A DNA stretch of 64,000 bases, taken from positions 4,630 to 68,629 of the forward strand of contig JAQUQW010000004.1 of the NCBI GenBank assembly GCA_028716245.1. Reading direction: 5' to 3'. This DNA comes from Candidatus Omnitrophota bacterium. GTDB lineage: Bacteria > Omnitrophota > Gorgyraeia > Gygaellales > Profunditerraquicolaceae. Below the pieces are notes generated by a model, which worked only from the letters and a program-made list of their open reading frames with translations, searched no databases and was not told the DNA's origin. The translations under genes and the position numbers were made by a program. Positions 39,868 through 49,528 of this stretch are shown here, in pieces (position 1 is the stretch's first letter; every line of letters starts with the position of its first letter).

Positions 39868-41661
39868 CTATTTTTGCAGCTCTTGAGCCGTATACAACCG
39901 CTTGTACAAACCGTTCTTTTCCAGGAGCTGGCTATGGGTGCCCTGTTCAACGATCATTCCTTTATCTAAAACCACAATCCTGTCTGCGTTTCTTACCGTA
40001 GAAAGCCGATGCGCGATCATAAATACCGTCCTGCCGCTAACCAGCCGGTCCAAAGCCTCCTGAACAATGCGCTCAGAGGCGGAATCCAGCTGCGAAGTAG
40101 CCTCATCCAAGATTAATATCGGGGCATCCTTCAAAAGGGCGCGGGCTATGGCAATCCGCTGGCGCTCTCCTCCTGAAATTTTTACTCCCCTGTCCCCGAT
40201 AATTGTTTCATACCCTTGCGCGCAATTAAGTATAAAATCGTGGGCGTGGGCCTTTTTAGCCGCCTCCTCAATTTCTTGCAAAGAAGCATCCTGCCGGCCA
40301 TAGGCAATATTCGAACGGATCGTATCATTAAAAAGCATGGTCTCCTGATTAACGATGCCAATCTGTGCGCGTAATGATTTTAAACCGAACTCCCGCACAT
40401 CCATTCCGTCAATCAATACGGCCCCTTTTTGAGGATCATAAAAGCGCGGGATTAAATCCACCAAGGTGCTTTTTCCTGAACCGCTGGGCCCGACAATCGC
40501 CAACATTTGGCCGTATTGTACCTCTAAGTTAACTCCTTTTAAAATTTGCGTATCGGCGTAACTAAACCAGGCATCATTAAACCTGATGTTTTTCTTAAAA
40601 TCCGGCAAAACCTTTGGCTCGGCGGCCTCTTTTACGCTTGCTTGCGTCTCTAAAACCTCATGGATCCGTTCACTAGCGGCCAAACCTTGCTGATTCAGAG
40701 CATTAACTTGACTCAATTTTTTAAATGGACTGAACAAAGAAAAAAACGAACCGATAAAAAGCCCAAAGACTCCAAAGGATATCCTCCCGGTAATAACCTC
40801 ATGCCCACCCCAGAAAACAACAAAAGCGCCAGCCACGGCGATTAAAAGCTCCATCGAGGAATTAAGTAAAAGCGAGCGCTTAATTGTCCTCATGCAAATT
40901 TTAAAATAATCCGCATTTACCCGGTTAAACTTATTTACCTCATACTCCTCCATATTAAAAGCCTTAACAATCCTGGCGCCCATAATCGTCTCATAGAGCA
41001 GAGAATTAGTATCGGCAATCTTTTCCTGGGAACGCTTGGAAAGTTTTCTCAAGGCCTTACCGACTTTGATAATCGGAAAACTGATTAAAGGCAAGAACAC
41101 CAATGAAATCAAAGCCATCTTAAAATAGATAAAGAAAATAAACGTGGCAAAAATAACTACCTGCAGGCTCTGATAAATCAAATCCGTTGAGCCGTAGGAT
41201 ACGGCATTCTCCACGATTTTAGCGTCGTTAGTAATCCGCGACATCAATTCACCGCCGCGCTTGTGCGTAAAATAATTAAGCGATAATGACTGGATCTTGG
41301 CGTAAAGCTGGCTCTTGATATCCCGGATCACCCGCTGGCCGATATCCGACATAAAATAACTTTGAAAAAAACCAAAGACCCCCTTTAAGAAAAGAAGCAG
41401 CAGGAAGCTAATCACCATATAGTTAAGCATAATCTCCGGAGGAATATTGTTTATTTTATCCACGAAACCCGCCAGGAAATCCGGTAATTTGGTAGGGACA
41501 ATGATCTTTTTATGCGTCAAAACTATATCGACCAAAGGCAGCATCATCGTATAAGTTACCCCGTTAAACACCGCGGAGAACAGCATGCAAACGGTAGCCG
41601 CCAGAAAAAGCCCTTTATAAGGCCTAACGAATCTGAGCAATTTCAGGTAATCTTTCATCAT
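39868..41661 (-). CDS. msbA: ABC transporter, fused permease/ATPase of the MsbA/lipid-A-exporter type. The start is corrected to ATGATG (MMKDYLKLLRFVRPYKG). The ORF-track TTG start at 41712 is spurious.
   Basis: Six-TM ABC exporter domain, then Walker A GPSGSGKST, signature LSGGERQR and Walker B ILILDEATS. Confidence 0.8.
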   Translation of the reverse strand: MMKDYLKLLRFVRPYKGLFLAATVCMLFSAVFNGVTYTMMLPLVDIVLTHKKIIVPTKLPDFLAGFVDKINNIPPEIMLNYMVISFLLLLFLKGVFGFFQSYFMSDIGQRVIRDIKSQLYAKIQSLSLNYFTHKRGGELMSRITNDAKIVENAVSYGSTDLIYQSLQVVIFATFIFFIYFKMALISLVFLPLISFPIIKVGKALRKLSKRSQEKIADTNSLLYETIMGARIVKAFNMEEYEVNKFNRVNADYFKICMRTIKRSLLLNSSMELLIAVAGAFVVFWGGHEVITGRISFGVFGLFIGSFFSLFSPFKKLSQVNALNQQGLAASERIHEVLETQASVKEAAEPKVLPDFKKNIRFNDAWFSYADTQILKGVNLEVQYGQMLAIVGPSGSGKSTLVDLIPRFYDPQKGAVLIDGMDVREFGLKSLRAQIGIVNQETMLFNDTIRSNIAYGRQDASLQEIEEAAKKAHAHDFILNCAQGYETIIGDRGVKISGGERQRIAIARALLKDAPILILDEATSQLDSASERIVQEALDRLVSGRTVFMIAHRLSTVRNADRIVVLDKGMIVEQGTHSQLLEKNGLYKRLYTAQELQK

Positions 41662-41756
41662 TTCCTTTCCTTTAAGAAGAATTATTTTAACATATCCGCT
41701 TAGCCATGGCAAACCTTTTTATTGTTTAAATTAACAAAGACCGCTAAAAAAATCAG

Positions 41757-42710
41757 TTGCATGCGAGCCTTGGCTCTGCTATGATTTTAAACATGAGTAA
41801 ACTAAGGGTGGCGGTAATCGGAGTAGGGCATTTAGGCAGTATCCACGCCAAAATATATAAGGAAAGCCCTAATTGCCAGTTAGTGGGGGTCTGCGACACC
41901 AATCCGGAATCTTTAAACCGAACCTGCGCTAATTTAGAAGTAGCAGGATATAGCGACTATAAAAAGCTTTTTGGCAAGGTGGACGCGGTCAGCGTTGCCG
42001 TCCCCACTTTCTTGCATCATAACATTACAACCGAGTTCCTTAAAGCCGGGATTCATACCCTGGTGGAAAAGCCTTTTACTCTAACCCTCAAAGATGCTAA
42101 TGACCTGATTAAGATCGCCGATAGGAATAAGCTGATTCTCCAGGTCGGCCACGTGGAAAGGTTTAACTCTGCCTTCGCCGCTACCCTTAAAATAATTAAC
42201 CTGCCAAAATTTATCGAATGCCACCGCCTTTCCAGCTTTCCTAACCGTTCACTCGACGTAGGCGCTGTGCTGGACATTATGATCCACGATATTGATATTG
42301 TCCTGGGGCTGGTAAGTTCTCCACTAAAGAAAATTGATTCCGTAGGGATAAACGTCCTGACCAAATTTGAAGATATTGCCAATGCCCGCCTGACTTTTAA
42401 AAATGGCTGCGTTGCCAACCTTACCGCGTCCCGGGTATCCGATGACTCCATGCGTAAAATACGTATTTTTCAGGAAGATACTTATATTTCCCTTGATTAT
42501 AAAAACGCCCAAGCCTCGGTTTACCGGAAAATCGGTTTACAGATAACCAAAGAAAACCTGCCCATCGAAAAAGAGCAGCCTCTGCAAAAAGAATTGGAAT
42601 CCTTTATTACCTGCGTTACCAATAAAACTACTCCCCTGGTTTCGGGCCCAATCGCCCGGCAAGCCTTGGCCGTTGCGCTAAAAATCCAAAAACAAATATG
42701 GCACAAATAA
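41757..42710 (+). CDS. Gfo/Idh/MocA-family NAD(P)-dependent oxidoreductase. The true start is possibly the internal MSKLRVAVIGVG at 41793.
   Basis: N-terminal Rossmann motif VAVIGVGHLGSIHAK and the EKP motif (VEKPFTL). Confidence 0.8.
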   Translation: MHASLGSAMILNMSKLRVAVIGVGHLGSIHAKIYKESPNCQLVGVCDTNPESLNRTCANLEVAGYSDYKKLFGKVDAVSVAVPTFLHHNITTEFLKAGIHTLVEKPFTLTLKDANDLIKIADRNKLILQVGHVERFNSAFAATLKIINLPKFIECHRLSSFPNRSLDVGAVLDIMIHDIDIVLGLVSSPLKKIDSVGINVLTKFEDIANARLTFKNGCVANLTASRVSDDSMRKIRIFQEDTYISLDYKNAQASVYRKIGLQITKENLPIEKEQPLQKELESFITCVTNKTTPLVSGPIARQALAVALKIQKQIWHK

Positions 42711-43840
42711 AAAAAATCTTTATTGTTTGCGGTGAACCTTCCGGTGACCTTTTGGCCGCAAACTTGGTTAGCGCAATTAAGAATCTTGACCCGAACATAA
42801 AGATATCCGGGACCGCAGGAACACATTTATCCAAAGCCGGATGCGAAATTTTCTACGATATCCAAGAGCTTGCGGTCATGGGATTCTTCGATGTTTTAAA
42901 GAAACTGCCGAAATTCTTTAAGTTAAAAAAAACAACCTTAAAAAAAATTGATGCCGATAAACCGGACGCCGTAATCCTGGTTGATTTTTCCGGTTTTAAC
43001 CTGCGCCTGGCCAAGGCGATCAATAAACGCCTACCGGTTATTTATTATGTCAGCCCGCAGGTTTGGGCCTCAAGGGAAGGCCGGATAAATTGCATAAAAA
43101 AATTTATCTCGCTGATGATTGTGCTTTTTAAATTCGAAGAAGAGTTTTACCAACAGCGGGGAATTCAAACCTCCTGCGTTGGCCATCCATTGATAGATCT
43201 GGTAAAACCTATTCTAGAAAAACAGGAATTTGTAAATAATTTCCGGATTGATCAATCCAAAAAAATCATTGCCCTGCTCCCCGGCTCACGCAAACAGGAA
43301 ATAAAAATAATCCTGCCTTTGATGCTTAAGACAGCAGTCCTGATTAATAAAGCAATCCCGCAAACGCAGTTTATTATCGCTAAAGCCCCGAATTTAGATC
43401 AACAGCTATATTGGGATGAATGTAAAAAATTCAATTTGGACTTCAAAATTATCGACGGCTTAACTTACGATTGCCTGAATATCGCCCAAGCAAGCATAGT
43501 CTGCTCCGGGACCGCCACCTTGGAAGCGGCAATTATGCAGAAACCTTTTGTCATTGTCTATAAAACCAACATGCTTAACTACCTGCTTTACCGGCCGCAA
43601 ATAAAAATCCCCTATATCGGCATGGTCAATATCGTGGCGGGAAGAAAAATTGTCCCGGAGTTTATCCAGTTCGCTGCCCGGCCTAAAATGATTGCCAAAG
43701 CAATTATCGGACTTTTGCAAAATCTTCCTTCTGCCAACCGCATGAGTCAAGATCTAAAAGCGGTAAAAGAATCTCTGGGCGAGCCTGGGGCGGCAGGACG
43801 CGCGGCCAAACTAATTCTTGAATTCCTGCAGAAAAACTAG
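42698..43840 (+). CDS. lpxB: Lipid-A-disaccharide synthase.
   Basis: IFIVCGEPSGDLLAANL N-terminal motif typical of LpxB (GT19). 380 aa. Confidence 0.9.
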   Translation: MAQIKKIFIVCGEPSGDLLAANLVSAIKNLDPNIKISGTAGTHLSKAGCEIFYDIQELAVMGFFDVLKKLPKFFKLKKTTLKKIDADKPDAVILVDFSGFNLRLAKAINKRLPVIYYVSPQVWASREGRINCIKKFISLMIVLFKFEEEFYQQRGIQTSCVGHPLIDLVKPILEKQEFVNNFRIDQSKKIIALLPGSRKQEIKIILPLMLKTAVLINKAIPQTQFIIAKAPNLDQQLYWDECKKFNLDFKIIDGLTYDCLNIAQASIVCSGTATLEAAIMQKPFVIVYKTNMLNYLLYRPQIKIPYIGMVNIVAGRKIVPEFIQFAARPKMIAKAIIGLLQNLPSANRMSQDLKAVKESLGEPGAAGRAAKLILEFLQKN

Positions 43841-43919
43841 GGACCGTTTCTATTTTTCTCGGGTCTATGCTAGAAAAATAGAAACGGTCCCTTTTATTCC
43901 CTTTTATTCCCTTTTATTC
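43840..43919. terminator. Bidirectional terminator: 18-bp stem GGGACCGTTTCTATTTTT / AAAAATAGAAACGGTCCC with a 16-nt loop, followed by a 3x tandem CCTTTTATT repeat.
   Basis: Read directly. It lies between the convergent lpxB and M48 peptidase genes. Confidence 0.7.
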
Positions 43920-45005
43920 TTTATCACTGGCGAATTTTATCCGTTCGTCAATCGGCGGGTGGGTAAAAAAGAAGAACTTAATCAGCGGATGCGGGTTCCT
44001 ATCGGCAAGATTTTGGTTAGCCAGCTTCTCCATCAGCGAAATAAATGCCTCTTTTGCGCCGGTTACTTTGAGCGCTAAATTATCGGCTTCTTTTTCAAAT
44101 CGCCGGCTGACCAAGGCTTCCAAGGGGGCCATGATGATCCCAAATAATATAAAATAAAGAAAAACCAGCGGCAAGCCGGCTAATTGCGCAAGGGAATTTA
44201 ATTTAAATACCGCTAAAGTATACGCGCTGGTCTTAAAAATCAGATAAAATAATCCTAAGGTTAGCAGTGAATTTACAATGATCAACTTGATAATATGCCC
44301 GAGCCGGTAATGGGCAAACTCATGCGCCAAAATTACTTCAATCTCATCATGGCTATACTTATCCTTTAAGGTATCCGCTAAAAGCACGCGTCTGGTTTTA
44401 CCCATCCCGGTAAATGCCGCGTTGGCCTTGAGCGTTTTTTTACTAAAATCGATTTCAAAGACATCCAATAACTTAATCCGCATTTTCGCGGCTAGATTAA
44501 AAATTTTTTGGCGCAGGAGTTCATCCTCGAGTTTCTTATATTTAAAAAATAACGGAATAATTAAAATCGGGGTTAACTTGGCTAAAACCACGCTAAAAAA
44601 TATCCAAAAAATGGAGATTACCAGCCACCATTGGTTGAATTTCCCTAAAACCCAATAAAAAGACAGCACCAGTATCAAGGAAATTAGGTACCCCAATACT
44701 GCGGATTTCAATTGATCCATCCACCAGGCTGCGGCCTTTTGTTTAGTCAGGTTGAATTTATGCTCCAGGGTAAAACCAGCATAAAAATTAAGCGGCAGAT
44801 TCAATGCGTAATATAATATCAAGCTGATTAAAAGGAATGCCGCTGGCAGCAGGTAGTTGGGCAGGTTGATACTTTTAAGGAATGCCTCAAGAGATAAAGA
44901 AAACCCTGATCCTAAGAAAATCAGGAGCAGGGTTATGCTATAAACTGTATCAATGATACTTAAAGCATACTTACGATGAGAATAACTTTTGGCTAAGTCA
45001 GCCAT
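43914..45005 (-). CDS. M48-family zinc metallopeptidase (Ste24/HtpX-like) with an N-terminal polytopic membrane domain.
   Basis: HEFAH (HExxH) motif plus a downstream E in EKEADNLA. Multiple TM helices precede the catalytic domain. Confidence 0.75.
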   Translation of the reverse strand: MADLAKSYSHRKYALSIIDTVYSITLLLIFLGSGFSLSLEAFLKSINLPNYLLPAAFLLISLILYYALNLPLNFYAGFTLEHKFNLTKQKAAAWWMDQLKSAVLGYLISLILVLSFYWVLGKFNQWWLVISIFWIFFSVVLAKLTPILIIPLFFKYKKLEDELLRQKIFNLAAKMRIKLLDVFEIDFSKKTLKANAAFTGMGKTRRVLLADTLKDKYSHDEIEVILAHEFAHYRLGHIIKLIIVNSLLTLGLFYLIFKTSAYTLAVFKLNSLAQLAGLPLVFLYFILFGIIMAPLEALVSRRFEKEADNLALKVTGAKEAFISLMEKLANQNLADRNPHPLIKFFFFTHPPIDERIKFASDKE

Positions 45006-45007
45006 TC

Positions 45008-45256
45008 TTATTTCTTGGCTGTTTTTGCCAGCGGGGCAACATTGACAAATGTGCGCAGCTGGCCATGGCTGGTCTTCTTGCGGGTAAAATAAACCTTACC
45101 CGGGCAAAGGGCAAACAAAGTGCCCGGGCCGCGGACATTCACGCCGGCTTTATAGGTATCCACACCGCGGACCAGGATCTCTCCGGTCTTCACCAGCTTT
45201 CCGCCGCTGGATTTAAGCGCTTTATCTTTTTTGGGAGTAGAAAAACCACCGATCAT
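45008..45256 (-). CDS. rpmA: Ribosomal protein L27 family protein with a divergent N-terminus.
   Basis: The central region aligns with L27 (E. coli ...[40 protein letters not shown]...; here ...TGEILVRGVDTYKAGVNVRGPGTLFALCPGKVYFTRKK...). The N-terminus is MIGGFSTPKKDK instead of the conserved AHKKGGGS. It is not next to rplU. Confidence 0.55.
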   Translation of the reverse strand: MIGGFSTPKKDKALKSSGGKLVKTGEILVRGVDTYKAGVNVRGPGTLFALCPGKVYFTRKKTSHGQLRTFVNVAPLAKTAKK

Positions 45257-45364
45257 TTTATAACCCTCCTTAATAAATATTTAGAGAAATTGAGCACCTT
45301 ATGTTCCTGTATAGCGAAATCCCTTGCGAACAAAGTGAGCAAGGGAAATATTACCACAAAAATA

Positions 45365-46759
45365 TTAATTAAGCAATACTTCTTCGTCCTTATCCGGAAT
45401 ATGCACATCCAACCCTTTTTGGATCAATATATCGGCAAGGGCCTGGGATTGTTCAACTTCTCCATGCACCAGAAAAATACGTTTAAGCGGCAAGCACCCG
45501 GAAACAAAATCCAAGAGTTCGGTCTGGTCGGCATGGCCGGAAAAAGCATTGATTACGACAACCTCCGCGTTAAGTTCATATTCTACGCCGAATATTTTCA
45601 CAAAAGGATTTTTCTCAACTATCCTTCTGCCTAAAGTATCGGCCGCCATGTATCCGACAATCAAAATCATATTCCGCGTATCCTCAATATTATTTTGCAA
45701 GTGATGCAGGATTCTTCCAGATTCACACATGCCGCTTCCGGCAATAATAATCATCGGCCGCTTATCGAAATTTAGGGCCTTGGATTCTTTTTGCTCGCGG
45801 ATAAAACGCAGGTTTAATAATTCAAACGGGTTATCCCCCTTATCAAATGCCCGTTTGGTCTTGTCATTTAAAAAATCGATGTGGTACTCAAAAAGATCGG
45901 TAATACTGGTAGCCAGCGGGCTATCCACATAAATAGGCACCGAAGGGATGAGTTTGTCTTTAAGTAATTCATTCAGGAAATAAATTACCTCCTGCGTGCG
46001 TTCCAAGGTAAAAGAAGGAATGAGTACTTTCCCCCCGCGCCTTACCGCACGCGAGATCGCCTCTCTTAATTTTGACTGCGCCTCTTCAATTGGCCGATGC
46101 AGGCGGCCGCCATAAGTAGACTCCATGATTAAATAATCAAGCCCTTTGGGGATTACCGGATCCCCCAGAAGAGGAAGATTTTTTCTTCCCAAATCCACCG
46201 CGTAACCCAGGCGCAAAGAACCCTGCGCGTCTTTAATATCCAGGACAACGGTTCCCGAACCTAAAATATGCCCGGCATCCAAAATAGTGGCGCAAACATC
46301 CTTGGCAATACAAAACTTTTGATTATAAGCAATGGGCCGGAAAATTTTAGTGGCCCGGGCCGCCTCTTTTGCCGTATACAACGGTTTACGTAAAGGCATA
46401 TTTATACGCCGGTTAATTTTATTCACGTAGCGCACATCTTCTTCCTGGATCTTTCCGGAATCAATCAGCATAAGGTTGGCTAAATCTTTGGTCGCCGAAG
46501 TAGTATAAATCTTACAACGCAGCCCCTGCTTAATCAAATTGGGGATATTACCGCAATGATCAATATGGGCGTGCGATAAAACCATGGCCTTGATCGTGCG
46601 CGGATTATAATGAAAAGTCGTATTAATTTCATAGAAGGCATCGCGATGGCCCTGAAAAAGGCCGGCGTCAAGGAGGATTTCGCCTTTACCGGCCGTAATC
46701 AGATGGCTGGATCCGGTAACAGTCTTTGCGCCTCCCAGAAATTTTACTTGAACTGACAT
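45365..46759 (-). CDS. MBL-fold beta-CASP ribonuclease (RNase J / CPSF-like, with RNA-specificity domain).
   Basis: HAHIDHCG metallo-beta-lactamase motif, then beta-CASP and C-terminal RMMBL-like regions. 464 aa. Confidence 0.75.
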   Translation of the reverse strand: MSVQVKFLGGAKTVTGSSHLITAGKGEILLDAGLFQGHRDAFYEINTTFHYNPRTIKAMVLSHAHIDHCGNIPNLIKQGLRCKIYTTSATKDLANLMLIDSGKIQEEDVRYVNKINRRINMPLRKPLYTAKEAARATKIFRPIAYNQKFCIAKDVCATILDAGHILGSGTVVLDIKDAQGSLRLGYAVDLGRKNLPLLGDPVIPKGLDYLIMESTYGGRLHRPIEEAQSKLREAISRAVRRGGKVLIPSFTLERTQEVIYFLNELLKDKLIPSVPIYVDSPLATSITDLFEYHIDFLNDKTKRAFDKGDNPFELLNLRFIREQKESKALNFDKRPMIIIAGSGMCESGRILHHLQNNIEDTRNMILIVGYMAADTLGRRIVEKNPFVKIFGVEYELNAEVVVINAFSGHADQTELLDFVSGCLPLKRIFLVHGEVEQSQALADILIQKGLDVHIPDKDEEVLLN

Positions 46760-46767
46760 GATTATCT

Positions 46768-48429
46768 TTACCTGTCGTAGGTGGAATAAAAATACGGAGT
46801 GTGCGCCATAAATTCCGCGGCGCAGGTATCAACCAGCTTAAAATCCACGGTTATATCCATGGATTTTCTTAACTTATAAACTTCAGCTTCCTCCAGGGAT
46901 AAAAGTTTAGCCAGCTGCCTATCGCTAAAACCATACTCCTTGGCGCGCTTCAGTAATTCATGGGTTATATTATTTTTATTCTCAATCAACTCTCTCTCGC
47001 AATCGATAATCTCTTTAATATTATGCAAAAACCAGCGGTCAATCTTAGTTAAATCATGGATTACCTCAATATCTAATTTAGCGCGAAAGGCATCGCCGAT
47101 ATAAAAAATCCTTTCCGCGTTCGGCTGCTTTAACTTCTGGCGGATCTTATCTAAGACCGAATTATCCAGCTGAATATCGGCCGGGTTATTAAAAACAATA
47201 CTCTCTAAACCAAACTTCTTGATCTCCAAAGAACGTAAACCCTTCTGCAGGGCCTCTTTAAATGTACGGCCGATGGACATCGCCTCGCCTACTGATTTCA
47301 TCGATATTCCCAGCGTATTATCCGCCAAAGCGAATTTTTCAAAAGTAAAACGCGGGACCTTGACCACGCAATAATCAATCGCCGGCTCAAAACAGGCGGG
47401 TGTTGACTTAGTAATATCATTCGGGATTTCATCAAGGGTATAGCCCACGGCAAGCTTAGCGGCAATTTTGGCAATCGGGAAACCCGTGGCCTTTGAAGAT
47501 AACGCGGAACTGCGCGAAACCCGCGGGTTCATTTCAATAACCACCATCCTGCCGGTCTTGGGATGCACAGCAAACTGGATATTGGAACCGCCGGTTTCTA
47601 CCCCGATCTCGCGAATACAGGCAAGAGCGGCGTCGCGCATCTTTTGATACTCCCTATCCGTTAATGTCTGAATAGGGGCAACCGTAATGCTGTCCCCGGT
47701 ATGCACGCCCATGGGATCAAAATTTTCAATAGTGCAGATAACCACGACATTATCTTTTAAGTCACGCATAACCTCCAACTCAAATTCCTTCCAGCCAATC
47801 ACGGATTCCTCAACCAGGATCTCACTAATCATACTGGATTCCAGGCCGCGCTTGGCCAGGACCTTAAATTCTTCCAGATTATAAGCAATCGATCCCCCCG
47901 CTCCTCCCATCGTAAAACTGGGCCGGATAATTAAAGGAAAACCGATTTTCTCCGATACCGCGATTGCCTGCTCCAAATTATAAGCCTGATCGCTTTTAGG
48001 TAGATCTAATCCGATCTTTTCCATTGCCGCTTTAAATAATTTACGGTCCTCGCCCTTTTTAATTGATTTTATATTTGCCCCGATAGTTTCCACCTTATAT
48101 TTCTTGAGCACTCCTTTTTTTTCCAATTCCACAGTCGTATTCAAAGCAGTCTGGCCGCCAAGCGTAGGCAAGAGGGCATCCGGCCTTTCCTTGGCAATAA
48201 TATCTTCCACGATCTCGGCGGTAATCGGCTCAAGATAGGTTCTATCGGCAACCTCCGGGTCAGTCATAATTGTCGCCGGATTGGAATTCACCAGGATTAT
48301 CTTATACCCCTCCTGCTTTAAGACCTTGCAAGCCTGGGTCCCGGAATAATCAAATTCACAAGCCTGGCCGATAACAATCGGGCCGCTTCCGATGATAAGG
48401 ATCTTTTTTAGATCAGTTCTTTTGGGCAT
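46768..48429 (-). CDS. carB: Carbamoyl-phosphate synthase large subunit, N-terminal half only (carboxyphosphate synthetase plus oligomerisation domains). It ends at ...[10 protein letters not shown].
   Basis: 553 aa, colinear with CarB residues 1-~550 (ATP-grasp 1, then the oligomerisation domain). A clean stop is followed 8 nt later by the next gene. No second ATP-grasp or MGS-like domain occurs in the window. Confidence 0.9.
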   Translation of the reverse strand: MPKRTDLKKILIIGSGPIVIGQACEFDYSGTQACKVLKQEGYKIILVNSNPATIMTDPEVADRTYLEPITAEIVEDIIAKERPDALLPTLGGQTALNTTVELEKKGVLKKYKVETIGANIKSIKKGEDRKLFKAAMEKIGLDLPKSDQAYNLEQAIAVSEKIGFPLIIRPSFTMGGAGGSIAYNLEEFKVLAKRGLESSMISEILVEESVIGWKEFELEVMRDLKDNVVVICTIENFDPMGVHTGDSITVAPIQTLTDREYQKMRDAALACIREIGVETGGSNIQFAVHPKTGRMVVIEMNPRVSRSSALSSKATGFPIAKIAAKLAVGYTLDEIPNDITKSTPACFEPAIDYCVVKVPRFTFEKFALADNTLGISMKSVGEAMSIGRTFKEALQKGLRSLEIKKFGLESIVFNNPADIQLDNSVLDKIRQKLKQPNAERIFYIGDAFRAKLDIEVIHDLTKIDRWFLHNIKEIIDCERELIENKNNITHELLKRAKEYGFSDRQLAKLLSLEEAEVYKLRKSMDITVDFKLVDTCAAEFMAHTPYFYSTYDR

Positions 48430-49528
48430 ATTTTTTTGGTTTCTTTGTTGCCTGCATTAATTTTACAAACTCAGCGAATAAATACCCTGCATCATGCGGG
48501 CCGGGGGATGCCTCAGGATGAAACTGCACGGAAAATAAAGGCAGCTTTTTATGGCGTAAACCCTCTGAGGTGCCGTCATTTAAATTCACATGAGTCAACT
48601 CAATATCTTTTTTATTTAAAGAGTTGATATCCACGCAAAACCCGTGATTCTGACTGGTTATCGAAACTTTACCCGTCCTTAAATCTTTTACCGGATGGTT
48701 TGCCCCGTGATGGCCAAATTTAAGTTTATAAGTTTTACCGCCTAAAGCCAGCCCGAGCATCTGGTGCCCCAGGCAGATCCCAAAAATCGGAACTCGGCCG
48801 ATGAGATTGGCCACTGTTTCAATCACATAACCCACGGCAGCCGGGTCTCCGGGGCCGTTAGAAAGCAAAACTCCGTCGGGATTTTCCTCAAGGATCTCTT
48901 GATAAGTTGCCTGCGCGGGCACGACCGTAACATTGCATTTATGGCGGCTTAATTCCCTCAAGGTATTGAACTTTACCCCGCAGTCTAAAACAACTACTTT
49001 ATAGCGGTTGTCTTTGGATTGCGCATACACATATTTCTGGGCAATGGCCACGTCTTTAACCAAGTCCAGGCCCACTAGCCCCCGGCTTTGCTTTGCCTTA
49101 TTCACCAGGCTCCGCGCATCAGAATCCTGCGTAGACAAAACCGCTTTCATCGCGCCTTTTTCTCTTATATACAAAGTCAACGCGCGCGTATCAATTCCTT
49201 CAATTGCCAAAATATTATTTTCTTTTAAATACTCTCCCAGTTCCTGGTTACTTCTCCAATTACTGGCAATCTTACTATACTCTTTAACTACAAAACCTTC
49301 TAAAAAAGGCCGGCGGCTCTCCGCGTCCTCCTTATTGATTCCATAATTACCGATCAAAGGATAAGTCATGGCCACGATCTGACCCTTATAGGAGGGATCG
49401 GTAATGATCTCCTGATATCCGGCCATACTGGTATTAAAAACAACTTCCCCCGTAATCTGGCCGCTGGCGCCAAAAGAGAGGCCCTCAAACACTGTGCCGT
49501 CTTCTAAAGCAAGAAATGCCTGCATCAT
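48413..49528 (-). CDS. carA: Carbamoyl-phosphate synthase small (glutaminase) subunit.
   Basis: GICLGHQ catalytic Cys motif and the CPSase_sm N-domain. 371 aa. Confidence 0.95.
   Translation of the reverse strand: MMQAFLALEDGTVFEGLSFGASGQITGEVVFNTSMAGYQEIITDPSYKGQIVAMTYPLIGNYGINKEDAESRRPFLEGFVVKEYSKIASNWRSNQELGEYLKENNILAIEGIDTRALTLYIREKGAMKAVLSTQDSDARSLVNKAKQSRGLVGLDLVKDVAIAQKYVYAQSKDNRYKVVVLDCGVKFNTLRELSRHKCNVTVVPAQATYQEILEENPDGVLLSNGPGDPAAVGYVIETVANLIGRVPIFGICLGHQMLGLALGGKTYKLKFGHHGANHPVKDLRTGKVSITSQNHGFCVDINSLNKKDIELTHVNLNDGTSEGLRHKKLPLFSVQFHPEASPGPHDAGYLFAEFVKLMQATKKPKKYAQKN

Noticed and set aside
43892-43919. Possible CRISPR array.
   Set aside because: Only three 9-nt direct repeats with no spacers. 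No cas genes in the window. It is a terminator-associated microsatellite.
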